Below are positions 48,665-57,847 of a stretch of DNA of 64,000 nucleotides, one piece after another. This DNA is from Patescibacteria group bacterium. Lineage in GTDB: Bacteria; Patescibacteriota; Minisyncoccia; Phycocordibacterales; Phycocordibacteraceae. The translations under genes were made by a program, and so were the position numbers. Positions within the stretch are counted from its first letter, which is position 1. Every line of letters begins with the position of its first letter. The stretch spans positions 62,674 to 126,673 of the forward strand of contig JAHJYC010000004.1 of assembly GCA_018826905.1 (NCBI GenBank), in the 5' to 3' direction. The notes below the pieces were generated by a model. That model worked only from the letters and a program-made list of their open reading frames with translations, searched no databases and was not told the origin of the DNA.

Positions 48665-49012
48665 GTTCTCTTCATTATACAGGATAGGGAAGCCTGTGCA
48701 CAGCACAAAAGAGAGATGTCGTCGCTCGGTGATACGATTTATATGACACGGGAGATGTCCTGTGTTGGGAAGAGGTCTTCACGTAGGGACGACTGCCGGT
48801 TCACTCCGGGTTACGGCGCTACTCGCTCAAACAAGAAGACCAGACTTCCCTTTCTCAACCTGTCCTTTTGGGCAGGTTTTCTCTCTATCATAGTTATCCA
48901 CAGTACCCTTGACAGTACATGAAGATCGGGGTATGTTTGCTTGGTCCAGCTCACCGAGGTCTTTGTACCAAGGACGAGAGCTGAGGCTCAATCCAACAGA
49001 AGGACTACGACG

Positions 49013-49171
49013 ATGCGCATCAACACGCACCGCTTGAACCAGAGCCCGACCGGCACCGCTTCGGCCATCTCGATGAATCCGATGGACAACGCCGCGTCGC
49101 CGACCGATCTGGGCCGCCACCGCCACCGTCACGACCTCGGCCACGTCGCCGGCGCCATCGACGGCAGCTGA
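49013..49171 (+). CDS. small His-rich hypothetical protein (52 aa) in GC-rich patch
   Basis: GAAGGA SD-like; product ...DLGRHRHRHDLGHVAG...; perfect 10-bp GC hairpin right after the stop. Confidence 0.3.
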   Translation: MRINTHRLNQSPTGTASAISMNPMDNAASPTDLGRHRHRHDLGHVAGAIDGS

Positions 49172-49180
49172 TCCGGGACA

Positions 49181-49204
49181 GGGGGTGGGCTCCGGCCCAC
49201 CCCC
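49181..49204 (+). terminator. perfect hairpin GGGGGTGGGC-TCCG-GCCCACCCCC (terminator-like, weak T-tract)
   Basis: 10-bp perfect inverted repeat immediately after the small ORF. Confidence 0.4.
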
Positions 49205-49396
49205 AAGCCCGCCTTCTGCTTAAGGAATGTACTTTATTTAAATTCTTCATTGAATTTACACGCCTTGCACCAATTTTGGTTGCAGGGTTTTGTTGTATAT
49301 AACCGAACTTGACAGTTTTAAAAGTTAAACGTACCGTATTTTTGTTCTGGGGACCTGCATTTGCAGGAAGAACCTCAGTTACAAAGGAGAGCAACT

Positions 49397-49630
49397 ATGA
49401 AGACGCGCGATCTGCGTACCGGCGCCAGGAAAGCGTACTGGCGTATCTCGGCGATGTCCGGGATGAGTTGTGGGGAAACCTTCATCAGCGACGACATGGA
49501 CACCGGCGGCGCGGGCGACCACGCCACCGACCCCGATTCCCCGCGCGAAGCCTGCGACGGCGTGAACGGTTCCGCGGCGATCCTGACCGGCGACACCAAC
49601 GACCAGACGGCCCGCTTCGGCGACATCTGA
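49397..49630 (+). CDS. small acidic hypothetical protein (77 aa) in GC-rich patch
   Basis: AAAGGAGAG SD 6 nt upstream of ATG; TTGACA -35 upstream; GC ~62%. Confidence 0.4.
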   Translation: MKTRDLRTGARKAYWRISAMSGMSCGETFISDDMDTGGAGDHATDPDSPREACDGVNGSAAILTGDTNDQTARFGDI

Positions 49631-49900
49631 CGGTCGGTCTTCGGCTTCTTTTGAAAGGAGGTGATCCTACCCTCGGAGTTGTGGGAGACGCGCAGTCCTG
49701 CCCGTCTCCCACCACTTCCCTTCATGTGTATTCCTACTTTTTATGCCCGGCGCTTTGCGTACGGGTTTTGTTGTTTTATACCCGTCCCTGTGCTACAAAT
49801 TCCCTATCGCGAGGGCTCATATAAGCCGCGAGTGGGCTATCCCTAACATACCGAAAGGCAGTTAGTACCCATCGCATAGAGCGCCCCGCCACACTAATAC

Positions 49901-51046
49901 ATGTCAGAAGAGACTCTGACACCGGTTGCAGAACAACGTTCTGCGTCTCCGGTTGTCACTACCGTTACTGTTGAACCCGGCCATCCGATGGAGGGGATGA
50001 TTGATTCTATTCCTACTCCTCCTCGTGAAGGAGACTTGATTGAGGGAACTATTATTGAACTCGTTCGTGGACGTTTGTTCGTAGACCTCCCTCCATTCGG
50101 TACAGGAATTATTTACGGACGTGAGTACCTTAATGCTGCAGACGTGCTCCGCAAGGCAAACCCTGGCGACACTATCTCAGCTAAGGTTGTTGATGCTGCT
50201 GGACTAGACGGCTACATTGAGCTTTCACTTAAGGAGGCTCGTCAGGCTGCTATCTGGAGCGAGGCTGAGCAGGCTATCGCAGGACAGACTGTCTTTACGC
50301 TTCCTGTTGAGGAAGCAAACAAGGGTGGTCTTATCCTTTCCTGGCAGGGTATCCAGGGATTCCTTCCTGCAAGCCAGCTCACTAAGGAGCACTACCCTCG
50401 TGTTCCTGAGGGAGACAAGGACAAGATCTTCTCTGAGCTACAGCGACTCACTGGCACAATGCTAACTGTCCGCATCATCACTGCAGACGCAAAGGAAGGA
50501 AAACTTATCTTCTCTGAGCGCGGAGGAGAGGAGGAGACTGAGAAGGCTTCACTCATTGATAAGTATCAGGTGGGAGATGTTATTGAAGGCGAAGTAACCG
50601 GCGCTGTTGATTTCGGCGTGTTCGTTAAGCTTGAGCAGGGTCTTGAAGGACTCGTACACATCTCTGAGCTTGATTGGGGTCTTGTTGAGGATCCTCGCAC
50701 CCTCTTTAAGGTTGGTGACGCAGTTAAGGTGAAGGTTATTGAAGTGAAAGACGGAAAGGTATCTCTTTCTGTGAAAGCACTTAAAGAGAACCCTTGGAAG
50801 ACTGCACAGGATCGCTACAAGAAGGGCATGGAAGTCTCTGGAGCTATCATCAAGTACAACAAGCACGGTGCACTCGCTTCAATTGAGGAGGGAGTTGCAG
50901 GACTCGTACACATCAGTGAGTTTGAGTCCCCTGCTGGACTGCGTGAGGCACTGGAACTTGGAAAGACCTATCCATTTACCATTACTCTCTTTGAACCAAA
51001 GGATCAGCGCATGACGCTGTCCTACGTAGGACCGAAGAAGAAGTAA
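49901..51046 (+). CDS. rpsA: 30S ribosomal protein S1 (four S1 domains)
   Basis: Repeated S1 OB-fold motifs (GxV.G.V..i.dfGvFV). Confidence 0.9.
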   Translation: MSEETLTPVAEQRSASPVVTTVTVEPGHPMEGMIDSIPTPPREGDLIEGTIIELVRGRLFVDLPPFGTGIIYGREYLNAADVLRKANPGDTISAKVVDAAGLDGYIELSLKEARQAAIWSEAEQAIAGQTVFTLPVEEANKGGLILSWQGIQGFLPASQLTKEHYPRVPEGDKDKIFSELQRLTGTMLTVRIITADAKEGKLIFSERGGEEETEKASLIDKYQVGDVIEGEVTGAVDFGVFVKLEQGLEGLVHISELDWGLVEDPRTLFKVGDAVKVKVIEVKDGKVSLSVKALKENPWKTAQDRYKKGMEVSGAIIKYNKHGALASIEEGVAGLVHISEFESPAGLREALELGKTYPFTITLFEPKDQRMTLSYVGPKKK

Positions 51047-51051
51047 GGCAA

Positions 51052-51086
51052 AGAAAAAAGGCCGTCTCGCAAGAGACGGCCTTTTG
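51052..51086. terminator. bidirectional Rho-independent terminator (GGCCGTCTC...GAGACGGCC)
   Basis: Hairpin flanked by A-run and T-run after rpsA. Confidence 0.7.
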
Positions 51087-51089
51087 CGT

Positions 51090-51473
51090 TCAACGAACCT
51101 GAGTCAGTTCCGTACATGAGCCCGGAATGAGTTCTGCTTGCGCATTGATGCGAAACTGTTGGGGAACATCTGGCGACATAGTGGCGTACCCCTTGATGAG
51201 CATCTGTCGCATTATTTGTTTCAGTGGCGGGCTTTTCCACCACTTCGTGACAACTCGTTTTACAGGTGCCTGGTCAGGCCACAGATGGAGTGGTACGGGA
51301 ATCGGAATAATTTCAATCAGATATTCCGAGTCCCGCAGAGAAGTTCCCTTTACAAAGGGCGCTCTGCTGTACCGGATTAGTAGTCCGGGCTCTTGAAGAT
51401 GATTGAGAAACCCGAATCCGAGTCGCATAAGCTCCGAAATAACAGGTGCCTGCGAGCAAGCTATATCTTTCAT
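51090..51473 (-). CDS. hypothetical protein (GC ~55%)
   Basis: ORF co-directional with and downstream of the 51540 gene; no motif. Confidence 0.4.
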   Translation of the reverse strand: MKDIACSQAPVISELMRLGFGFLNHLQEPGLLIRYSRAPFVKGTSLRDSEYLIEIIPIPVPLHLWPDQAPVKRVVTKWWKSPPLKQIMRQMLIKGYATMSPDVPQQFRINAQAELIPGSCTELTQVR

Positions 51474-51539
51474 GACTAACCCCTTGCTGATCCGAGGGGA
51501 TGGTACCACACGCAAGAAAAAGAAAAGCACCCGGGACGC

Positions 51540-52094
51540 TTATGTCTCGGGTGTTTTTTGTTGAAGTCGGCTATCTCCCCAGGCTCTGAGTGCAGACTGA
51601 TACGCAAGCGAGCCCGCCTCCAGGTAGGTCGCATACTCTTTTGCAACCTGTTCTGCGAACACAGCAAAGAGCTCGTCGCGTTCCTTCAGCTCAGCGAGAT
51701 AGTCGCGCGCATCAAGTGCAGGATACACAACGTACCACGTCTGGTAGGTGACGAGATTGCCATGATGCTCTATGAGCACACGACTCTCTGCAGTCTCCCG
51801 CAGGCGGCGGTCTACTGTGTCCAGGAATCCTTCCGCCGGGTGTCCACGCATGAAGTATTCCACCTGCGCTCCGGGTTCCTGATGGTGCAGGTATGCGCAG
51901 TCCTTCCAGCGGTTGGCGACAAACCACATCGCAAGCGCCATTCGCATTGCCGGACACCCCTCTGAGAGCTTCCACTGACGCTCCAAGAGTGGCTCAACAC
52001 AACCTTCCTCATAGACGGGGATGCAGGCAGCGAGGCCGGCGCGGAAGAATTGGCGATTATTTTCGTCTAAGTCCAGCGGCTCATAGGCAGCCAT
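51540..52094 (-). CDS. hypothetical protein (GC ~55%)
   Basis: 184-aa ORF; no motif. Confidence 0.45.
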   Translation of the reverse strand: MAAYEPLDLDENNRQFFRAGLAACIPVYEEGCVEPLLERQWKLSEGCPAMRMALAMWFVANRWKDCAYLHHQEPGAQVEYFMRGHPAEGFLDTVDRRLRETAESRVLIEHHGNLVTYQTWYVVYPALDARDYLAELKERDELFAVFAEQVAKEYATYLEAGSLAYQSALRAWGDSRLQQKTPET

Positions 52095-52168
52095 GACGTA
52101 TCTCCCTTCTTGTAAGACCGTATGGCCAGGTCCGCACGTACCATACCCCAGAATCAGGAAATAGGAAG

Positions 52169-52759
52169 CTACTTCGTATTTGCAAAAAGCATCGCCTTTT
52201 CAATACCGTCAGTGACAAAAATCTCAGCTGCTTCGCTCGCTTTCTGTAAAGTTTTCTTTAGTACAGCCTCCTCTGCAGGCTTAAACTTTCCTATGACGTG
52301 CTTCACCACCTTCTCCTCTCCAGAAACCTTCTTTAACTTCCCTTTTGCGGTCTCCCCTGAGATACCAATCTTTATTTGAGCGAAGTCTTTTGTCTTTAAT
52401 AACCGCATCACACTCTCCACACCTCTATGTCCTCCTGCTCCACGTCCGTACCCTGTCATTTTTATAGTACCAAGGGGCAAATCTAGATCATCTCGTATAA
52501 GAAGAAGCTTCTTTGCGGCAGGTTTTGAAGACACAAGTGCGAGTGCTGTTTTGCCTGAAAGATTCATAAACACTTCAGGGAGTGCAACAACTACCTTTTT
52601 GTTCATAATACTTCCCTCAGACACGAGTGCTTGTGCACTTTTCTTTAGTTTCCATTCAGTAAAGCTCTGCTGCTCTGAAAAAAGCTCTGCAGCCATACGT
52701 CCTGCATTGTGTCTGGTGTGTGCGTACTCCCCTCCAGGGTTTCCGAGGCCGATAATTAC
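52169..52759 (-). CDS. pth: peptidyl-tRNA hydrolase
   Basis: N-terminal IIGLGNPG and HNAG motifs; start at internal Met MAHVIIGL. Confidence 0.88.
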   Translation of the reverse strand, partial: VIIGLGNPGGEYAHTRHNAGRMAAELFSEQQSFTEWKLKKSAQALVSEGSIMNKKVVVALPEVFMNLSGKTALALVSSKPAAKKLLLIRDDLDLPLGTIKMTGYGRGAGGHRGVESVMRLLKTKDFAQIKIGISGETAKGKLKKVSGEEKVVKHVIGKFKPAEEAVLKKTLQKASEAAEIFVTDGIEKAMLFANTK

Positions 52760-52836
52760 GTGTGCCATGTAGCTTGTAGTGTAGCAGGCTAATTCAGAAA
52801 AGTTGACGTGTAATTTCAGAGGCATACAATGCGCGC

Positions 52837-53388
52837 ATGAAAGTTCTTGGATCGGCGTTCCGTGAAATACTCACCTTCGTCGTTCTTGCGATCATTATTG
52901 TCGTCCCCATCCGCGTCTTTGTTGCGCAACCCTTCATAGTTGAAGGCGAAAGTATGCATCCTACATTTGCAGGGGGTGATTATTTAATTGTAGACCAGCT
53001 TACGTATCGCCTGTCTGAACCAAAGCGCGGAGATGTGGCGATATTTCGCTATCCAAACAATCCTTCAGTTTTTTATATAAAAAGAATTATTGGTCTCCCT
53101 GGAGAAACTGTTCATATTGATAAGGGTGTTACCACAGTGACAAAGACAGACGGCACGACACTCACCCTAGACGAGTCGTATGTTGTCTCAGAGGATGCAA
53201 CCTATAGCCTAGATAGAACGCTCGGCGAGGATCAGTTCTTTGTTATGGGAGACAATCGTCCGAAGAGTTCAGATTCTCGTTCATGGGGAGCACTTCCTCG
53301 CGAAGACCTCATGGGACGTGCATACGTACGCCTCCTTCCTCCAGGAAAATGGGGCATATTACCAGGAGCTGTTACTGAACCTCAATGA
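52837..53388 (+). CDS. lepB: signal peptidase I
   Basis: GESMHPT (Ser box), YIKRIIGLPGE, GDNRPKSSDSR (Lys box region). Confidence 0.88.
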   Translation: MKVLGSAFREILTFVVLAIIIVVPIRVFVAQPFIVEGESMHPTFAGGDYLIVDQLTYRLSEPKRGDVAIFRYPNNPSVFYIKRIIGLPGETVHIDKGVTTVTKTDGTTLTLDESYVVSEDATYSLDRTLGEDQFFVMGDNRPKSSDSRSWGALPREDLMGRAYVRLLPPGKWGILPGAVTEPQ

Positions 53389-54554
53389 GCGCACCCCGTA
53401 CCATTTCCCTTCAGCCGAGCGATATTCTAAAACGCTCTCATGCCATCGGCAGTTATTACGGCTTTACTCCGTTTGCAGCGCTCGCTGCAGCTAATCGCGG
53501 CAATGGGAAAAAGATGGATCTCCCTGACGGCATTACCCTTGAAGGAGTAGACCCACATGCAAAGGATGTTATCTCACTCCTAAAGCAAGTACGCGATGCA
53601 GGACTTACTCCATCAGCGACTCAGCCGCTATTCCTCTGGCACAGCAATGCAACAGCAGGACGTGCTGCACCTAAGAATATTGTAGTGCAGTTCCATGTGC
53701 TTGGTGTTGAGCACGCCATCGGCGACGCAGTTCTTATCCGCGCTGTGCGTGAGCTTATGACGGATCTTACAAAGCAAGAGTCTCGTCTTCGCTTGAACAG
53801 CATGGGTGACAGAGAGACAAGAAGTCGTTTTGCACGAGAACTTACTCAGTTCTTCCGTAAACATGCAGCGGTTCTTCCCCCGAACTGTGTAGACTGTGCG
53901 AAGCGTGGCGAAGTGTTTGAGGCAGCTGAGTTACTTGCCCGCGCAAAGGAAGAAGGAGAGACCATGCCTTCTCCAACTGATCACCTCTCAGAAGCAAGTC
54001 GCAAGCACTTTGAAGCAGTCCTTGAGTATCTTGAGAGTACAGAGACTCCGTACGAACTTGCACCTGATTTACTCTCAAACGGAAACACGTGGTCTGATAC
54101 GTGCTTTGAACTAACATCACAAGACGGGAACCAGACTATGTCTGCGTGGGGGTCCCGATATAACGAACTTGCAAAAACCTTTTTCAAGACTCCCGTACAT
54201 TCAGTTGGAGCAGTTATTCGTATTAACACTGAGGTACGCGATACCATTCCACCTATCAAAGAGAAAGGTGCTCCTAGATTCGTGTTTGTACATATTGGTG
54301 ACGAGGCAAAGCGCGAAAGCATGAAGATGGCAGACGCTTTCAAGAAGGCGCGTATTCCACTTACCCAAGCTATGGGTGTTGCATCACTCTCTGAACAGAT
54401 GCGTCTTGCAGAGACTCTTAATCCTCCCTATCTCCTTATTATGGGGCGCAAGGAAGCAATGGAAGGCAATGTAATACTCCGTGAACGGGCAACTCATACA
54501 GAAACCTTTATTCCTATTAGTTCGCTGATTGATAGATTGCGAGTAGTTGGATAA
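53385..54554 (+). CDS. histidine--tRNA ligase-like protein (class IIa; HisRS/HisZ family), divergent N-terminal catalytic region
   Basis: Motif-2-like GRAAPKNIVVQFHVLGVE, HisRS insertion-domain-like region, C-terminal anticodon-binding-like domain; motif 1 region poorly conserved. Confidence 0.5.
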   Translation: MSAPRTISLQPSDILKRSHAIGSYYGFTPFAALAAANRGNGKKMDLPDGITLEGVDPHAKDVISLLKQVRDAGLTPSATQPLFLWHSNATAGRAAPKNIVVQFHVLGVEHAIGDAVLIRAVRELMTDLTKQESRLRLNSMGDRETRSRFARELTQFFRKHAAVLPPNCVDCAKRGEVFEAAELLARAKEEGETMPSPTDHLSEASRKHFEAVLEYLESTETPYELAPDLLSNGNTWSDTCFELTSQDGNQTMSAWGSRYNELAKTFFKTPVHSVGAVIRINTEVRDTIPPIKEKGAPRFVFVHIGDEAKRESMKMADAFKKARIPLTQAMGVASLSEQMRLAETLNPPYLLIMGRKEAMEGNVILRERATHTETFIPISSLIDRLRVVG

Positions 54555-54590
54555 AGAAAAAGGCCCCTCCAGGTGGGGCCTTTGTTTATT
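54555..54590. terminator. bidirectional Rho-independent terminator (GGCCCCTCCAGGTGGGGCC)
   Basis: Hairpin flanked by A- and T-runs between convergent genes. Confidence 0.7.
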
Positions 54591-55389
54591 GAGAGGCCTG
54601 TGTCGCGAGCTCAGAAAGTACTGCGAGCCCACACAAGAGCGTGATCTGCTGACGAGCACCGTCTAGGTTATGACACCCAAACGGAGTGCGCTCGTCTCGC
54701 TCCAGACCGTAGTCCTGTTCTGGATAGATCGCCACATCGCAGGCGTTCCCGGGGCACTGGAGGAGAAACCTTCCTCCGTTGGTGACGCTTGCGTAGCAAA
54801 GATCGTTCATCAGCTTTGCGTTCAGCGGGTCAAGCCCACCGTACGCCGAGCACAATGCTTTCTCCAGGACGCTCACCAGGTTCTCAGCCTGAGCTTCTGT
54901 ACGCCCGGCAAGCCACCTACGGAACTGCGCATGGACGCTGCCGCCCATACGATGTCCCCATCCGCGATCGCTGACTTCGCAGACCGTGTTCACCACGAGC
55001 AACTGAGACGTGTCCTCAGACACGAATTGGTTGCACTCAGCGAACAGGAAGCAGATGGTAAGCGCGATACTCTCTTCACGCCCCTGCAGAAGTGGAAAAC
55101 GGTAGAGTGTTCTTCCGTCCTTTTCCTCCACCTCTGCACAACTGTTGAAGCCGGCCGTGCTCGGAAGTCCAAACAAGGCAAACTGCTCCTTCCAGCTGTC
55201 TGGTGCTTTCCTGAAGTAGCTCAGCGCGTACCTATCGTTGCGCACAGTGTTCGCAACGAGATGGTGCCACACGCTGTTGGCCAGATCTCTATCAAGGCTG
55301 ATAGTGAGTTCAGCTGGCCGTTTATTCTTTCCCCCTTTCGGAGGCGAGTAGGACAGACGATACGTCCATCCAGCTTTAGCTTTGGGCAT
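54586..55389 (-). CDS. hypothetical protein (GC ~57%)
   Basis: 267-aa ORF, Cys-rich, no motif recognised. Confidence 0.45.
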   Translation of the reverse strand: MPKAKAGWTYRLSYSPPKGGKNKRPAELTISLDRDLANSVWHHLVANTVRNDRYALSYFRKAPDSWKEQFALFGLPSTAGFNSCAEVEEKDGRTLYRFPLLQGREESIALTICFLFAECNQFVSEDTSQLLVVNTVCEVSDRGWGHRMGGSVHAQFRRWLAGRTEAQAENLVSVLEKALCSAYGGLDPLNAKLMNDLCYASVTNGGRFLLQCPGNACDVAIYPEQDYGLERDERTPFGCHNLDGARQQITLLCGLAVLSELATQASQ

Positions 55390-55511
55390 ATTACACCTCC
55401 AAGGTCCTATCCCGCAGACATAGTGCGCTTTTGAGGCACTGGGGTCAACTGATGCGTCTTAAATTTTTGGTATAGTATTTTTGTCACCAACTTGGCTGAA
55501 GGAGCCACAGA

Positions 55512-55808
55512 ATGACAAGTTCCTCTGGGCGTATGGGCCTGCTCCACACTATCAGTGTAGTGCTCGGCGCAGTGATGATCGGCGCAGCGGTTCTGACGGC
55601 GATGCAGTTGCTCGGCGTCTCGGTGCCCATCAACTTGCTCGGGCACGAGCATGGCGCCCTCTATGACTGGGGCTTTTTCGTGCTCAGCCTGAGTCTCGGC
55701 ACCGCGATGCTGCTGCATGCCTTCCAGCCGACCGAGGTCTCGCTTCGGCGTCTATTTGACCTGATGGCGCTCGCCGGCCTCGTGATGATGCTCATCTCAG
55801 GCCGGTAA
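55512..55808 (+). CDS. small integral membrane protein (GC ~60%)
   Basis: GAAGGAG SD; three TM helices; own hairpin terminator. Confidence 0.5.
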   Translation: MTSSSGRMGLLHTISVVLGAVMIGAAVLTAMQLLGVSVPINLLGHEHGALYDWGFFVLSLSLGTAMLLHAFQPTEVSLRRLFDLMALAGLVMMLISGR

Positions 55809-55819
55809 CGTCTACACCA

Positions 55820-55848
55820 CAGCCACATTCCAGTGGCTGTTTCCATTT
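55820..55848 (+). terminator. Rho-independent terminator (CAGCCAC...GTGGCTG plus T-run)
   Basis: Hairpin then TTTCCATTT. Confidence 0.55.
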
Positions 55849-55887
55849 AGAATTGCACCCTTTTAAGGCTTGTGATAGATTTCATAC

Positions 55888-56148
55888 ATGCAAAACGCAG
55901 TACGCGTAGAAGTTAGCCGCGGCAAGAACGAGAGCTCGGCTTCTCTAATTCGCCGTTTCTCCCGTCGTGGCCAGGGCCTCGGCCTCGTTCGAGCACTCCG
56001 CAAGCGCCGTTACTATGTTCGTACTAAGTCTAAGAACGTAGAGCACATGCGCGCTATGGTAGCGGGCGCTCGTCGTGCTGAGTACAACGAGCAGGTTAAG
56101 CTCGGAAAGATTGATCCGGCAGCGCGCCGCGGTCGCGGTCGTAAGTAG
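55888..56148 (+). CDS. rpsU: 30S ribosomal protein S21
   Basis: RRFSRRGQGLGLVRALRKRRYYVRTKSK resembles S21 core (RRFKR...REFYEKP); basic 86-aa protein. Confidence 0.7.
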   Translation: MQNAVRVEVSRGKNESSASLIRRFSRRGQGLGLVRALRKRRYYVRTKSKNVEHMRAMVAGARRAEYNEQVKLGKIDPAARRGRGRK

Positions 56149-56152
56149 CTGA

Positions 56153-56175
56153 AAGCGCCTTCGGGCGCTTTTTGC
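56153..56175 (+). terminator. Rho-independent terminator (AAGCGCC-TTCG-GGCGCTT plus TTTTT)
   Basis: Hairpin plus T-run after rpsU. Confidence 0.7.
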
Positions 56176-56184
56176 ATAGGACAC

Positions 56185-56604
56185 ATGCTAGACACACGAA
56201 ACTTCACCAGATCCCCCCTTCCCTCATTTCCTTTCAAAAAGGCACTTGAGGCTGTGCTTCCCGGGTGGGATATGTCGTTAGTATTTGTTGGAGAGACGCG
56301 CGCACAATCTTTAAATATGCAGTTGCGTGGGAAAGACTACATCCCTAATGTTCTCTCATACGAGAGCGGAGAAAACTCTGGAGAGATTGTTATTTGTCTC
56401 TCAGTTGCAAAGAAACAAGCGCCAGATCACGGTATGTCCTACACGCAATTCGTTGGATATTTGTTTATCCACGGATGTTTTCATTTGAAGGGTGAGCGAC
56501 ACGGGGCTACAATGGAACGTAAGGAACGTTTGCTACTCAAACGCTTTACTAACCTGTCCTCTACCCCTACTCCAAATGTCCCGAAGAATAGCAACCGGAA
56601 TTGA
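56185..56604 (+). CDS. ybeY: rRNA maturation endoribonuclease YbeY
   Basis: HGCFHLKGERH zinc-binding motif (H..H.....H). Confidence 0.85.
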   Translation: MLDTRNFTRSPLPSFPFKKALEAVLPGWDMSLVFVGETRAQSLNMQLRGKDYIPNVLSYESGENSGEIVICLSVAKKQAPDHGMSYTQFVGYLFIHGCFHLKGERHGATMERKERLLLKRFTNLSSTPTPNVPKNSNRN

Positions 56605-57742
56605 TATCGGCACACATCAGACGAAAGTCGTGGTGGTTGAAGAGGTAGTCACGCCGGCAGGACCGGAGCTCCATATCATAGGCACAGGCATCTCAGAGAG
56701 CCGTGGTATGCGCCATGGGTATGTTGTAGACGCAGAGGACGCAGCAGAGAGCGTACGGCTCGCACGCATACAAGCTGAGCAAATAGCACGTGTTCCCATT
56801 CGTAAGGGATTCCTTGCCATTGGAGGTGTGTCCTTGGACGAAGTGCGCTCAAGCGGCCAGTGCATTATTTCTCGTGCTGATCAGGAGATTACTGATCTTG
56901 ATCTTGAAAAGGTTCTTGATACTGCGCGAGAAGCAGCAAAGCCTAATTTCCTAAACAGAACCGTACTCCATGAGATTCCTCTTGAGTACCGCGTAGACGG
57001 CACAAAGATGCTTGGAGAACCTGTAGGCATCAAAGGGACACGTCTTGAGGCTGACTACCTTTTTATTACCTGTCTTACTCAGCATACGGAGATTCTTACT
57101 GCAGCAGCTGAGGCTGCAGACATAGAAGTTATAGACCGCATGGCATCTCCTTTGGCGGGTTCGTATGTAACGCTTACGAAGGACCAGAAAATGAAGGGGT
57201 GTGTTCTGGCGAACATCGGTGCTGAAACAGTCTCTATTGTTGTCTATGATGAGGGACTCCCTATTTCTGTAAAAGTATTTCCTATTGGGTCAACCAACAT
57301 TACTGACGATCTCGCACTTGGCTTCAAGGTTTCTCTAGAAGACGCAGAGCGACTTAAGATGGGACGACTTGGAGGCGCGATGTATCCCCGAAAGAAAGTA
57401 GAGGAAATTGTCACGGCCCGATTCCGTACAATGTTTGAACTCATTGATAAGCACTTAAAGACGATTGGGAGACGCGGATCGCTTCCAGCCGGGATAATCA
57501 TTTCAGGAGGTGCTTCTGGACAAGGGTCTATCAGTGACATTGCAAAGGGCACACTTAACCTTCCGTCCCGTATCGCGGACCTGAAAGTCTCTGCTGATAC
57601 GAAAGTACGTGACGCAACGTGGGCTGTCGCCTACGGACTCGCTCTCTGGGGCCTTACTGGAGACACCGACACCCCAAAGAAGCGTCCTGCAGGAGAATTT
57701 TTGGACACACTTCAAAAGTTTTTCAAACAATTCCTTCCATAG
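56576..57742 (+). CDS. ftsA: cell division protein FtsA
   Basis: Actin-like ATPase N-terminus IATGIDIGTHQTKVVV; precedes ftsZ. Confidence 0.88.
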   Translation: MSRRIATGIDIGTHQTKVVVVEEVVTPAGPELHIIGTGISESRGMRHGYVVDAEDAAESVRLARIQAEQIARVPIRKGFLAIGGVSLDEVRSSGQCIISRADQEITDLDLEKVLDTAREAAKPNFLNRTVLHEIPLEYRVDGTKMLGEPVGIKGTRLEADYLFITCLTQHTEILTAAAEAADIEVIDRMASPLAGSYVTLTKDQKMKGCVLANIGAETVSIVVYDEGLPISVKVFPIGSTNITDDLALGFKVSLEDAERLKMGRLGGAMYPRKKVEEIVTARFRTMFELIDKHLKTIGRRGSLPAGIIISGGASGQGSISDIAKGTLNLPSRIADLKVSADTKVRDATWAVAYGLALWGLTGDTDTPKKRPAGEFLDTLQKFFKQFLP

Positions 57743-57847
57743 CCTGTTTTTTTAGAACACATATATTTTCATTGTCAGCCTTTGCAGAAAGGTCTGAATT
57801 GGTATGATGAGGCAGATTCATTACCAATGGCCAATTAAGAGCAACCT

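Noticed and set aside
49020-49846. Multiple overlapping Arg/Pro-rich ORFs (for example 49020-49394, 49309-49824, 49375-49725, 49485-49715)
   Set aside because: Low-complexity products typical of spurious ORFs in a GC-rich patch. They overlap on both strands, and only the SD-preceded 49397-49630 and 49013-49171 frames were kept, at low confidence.
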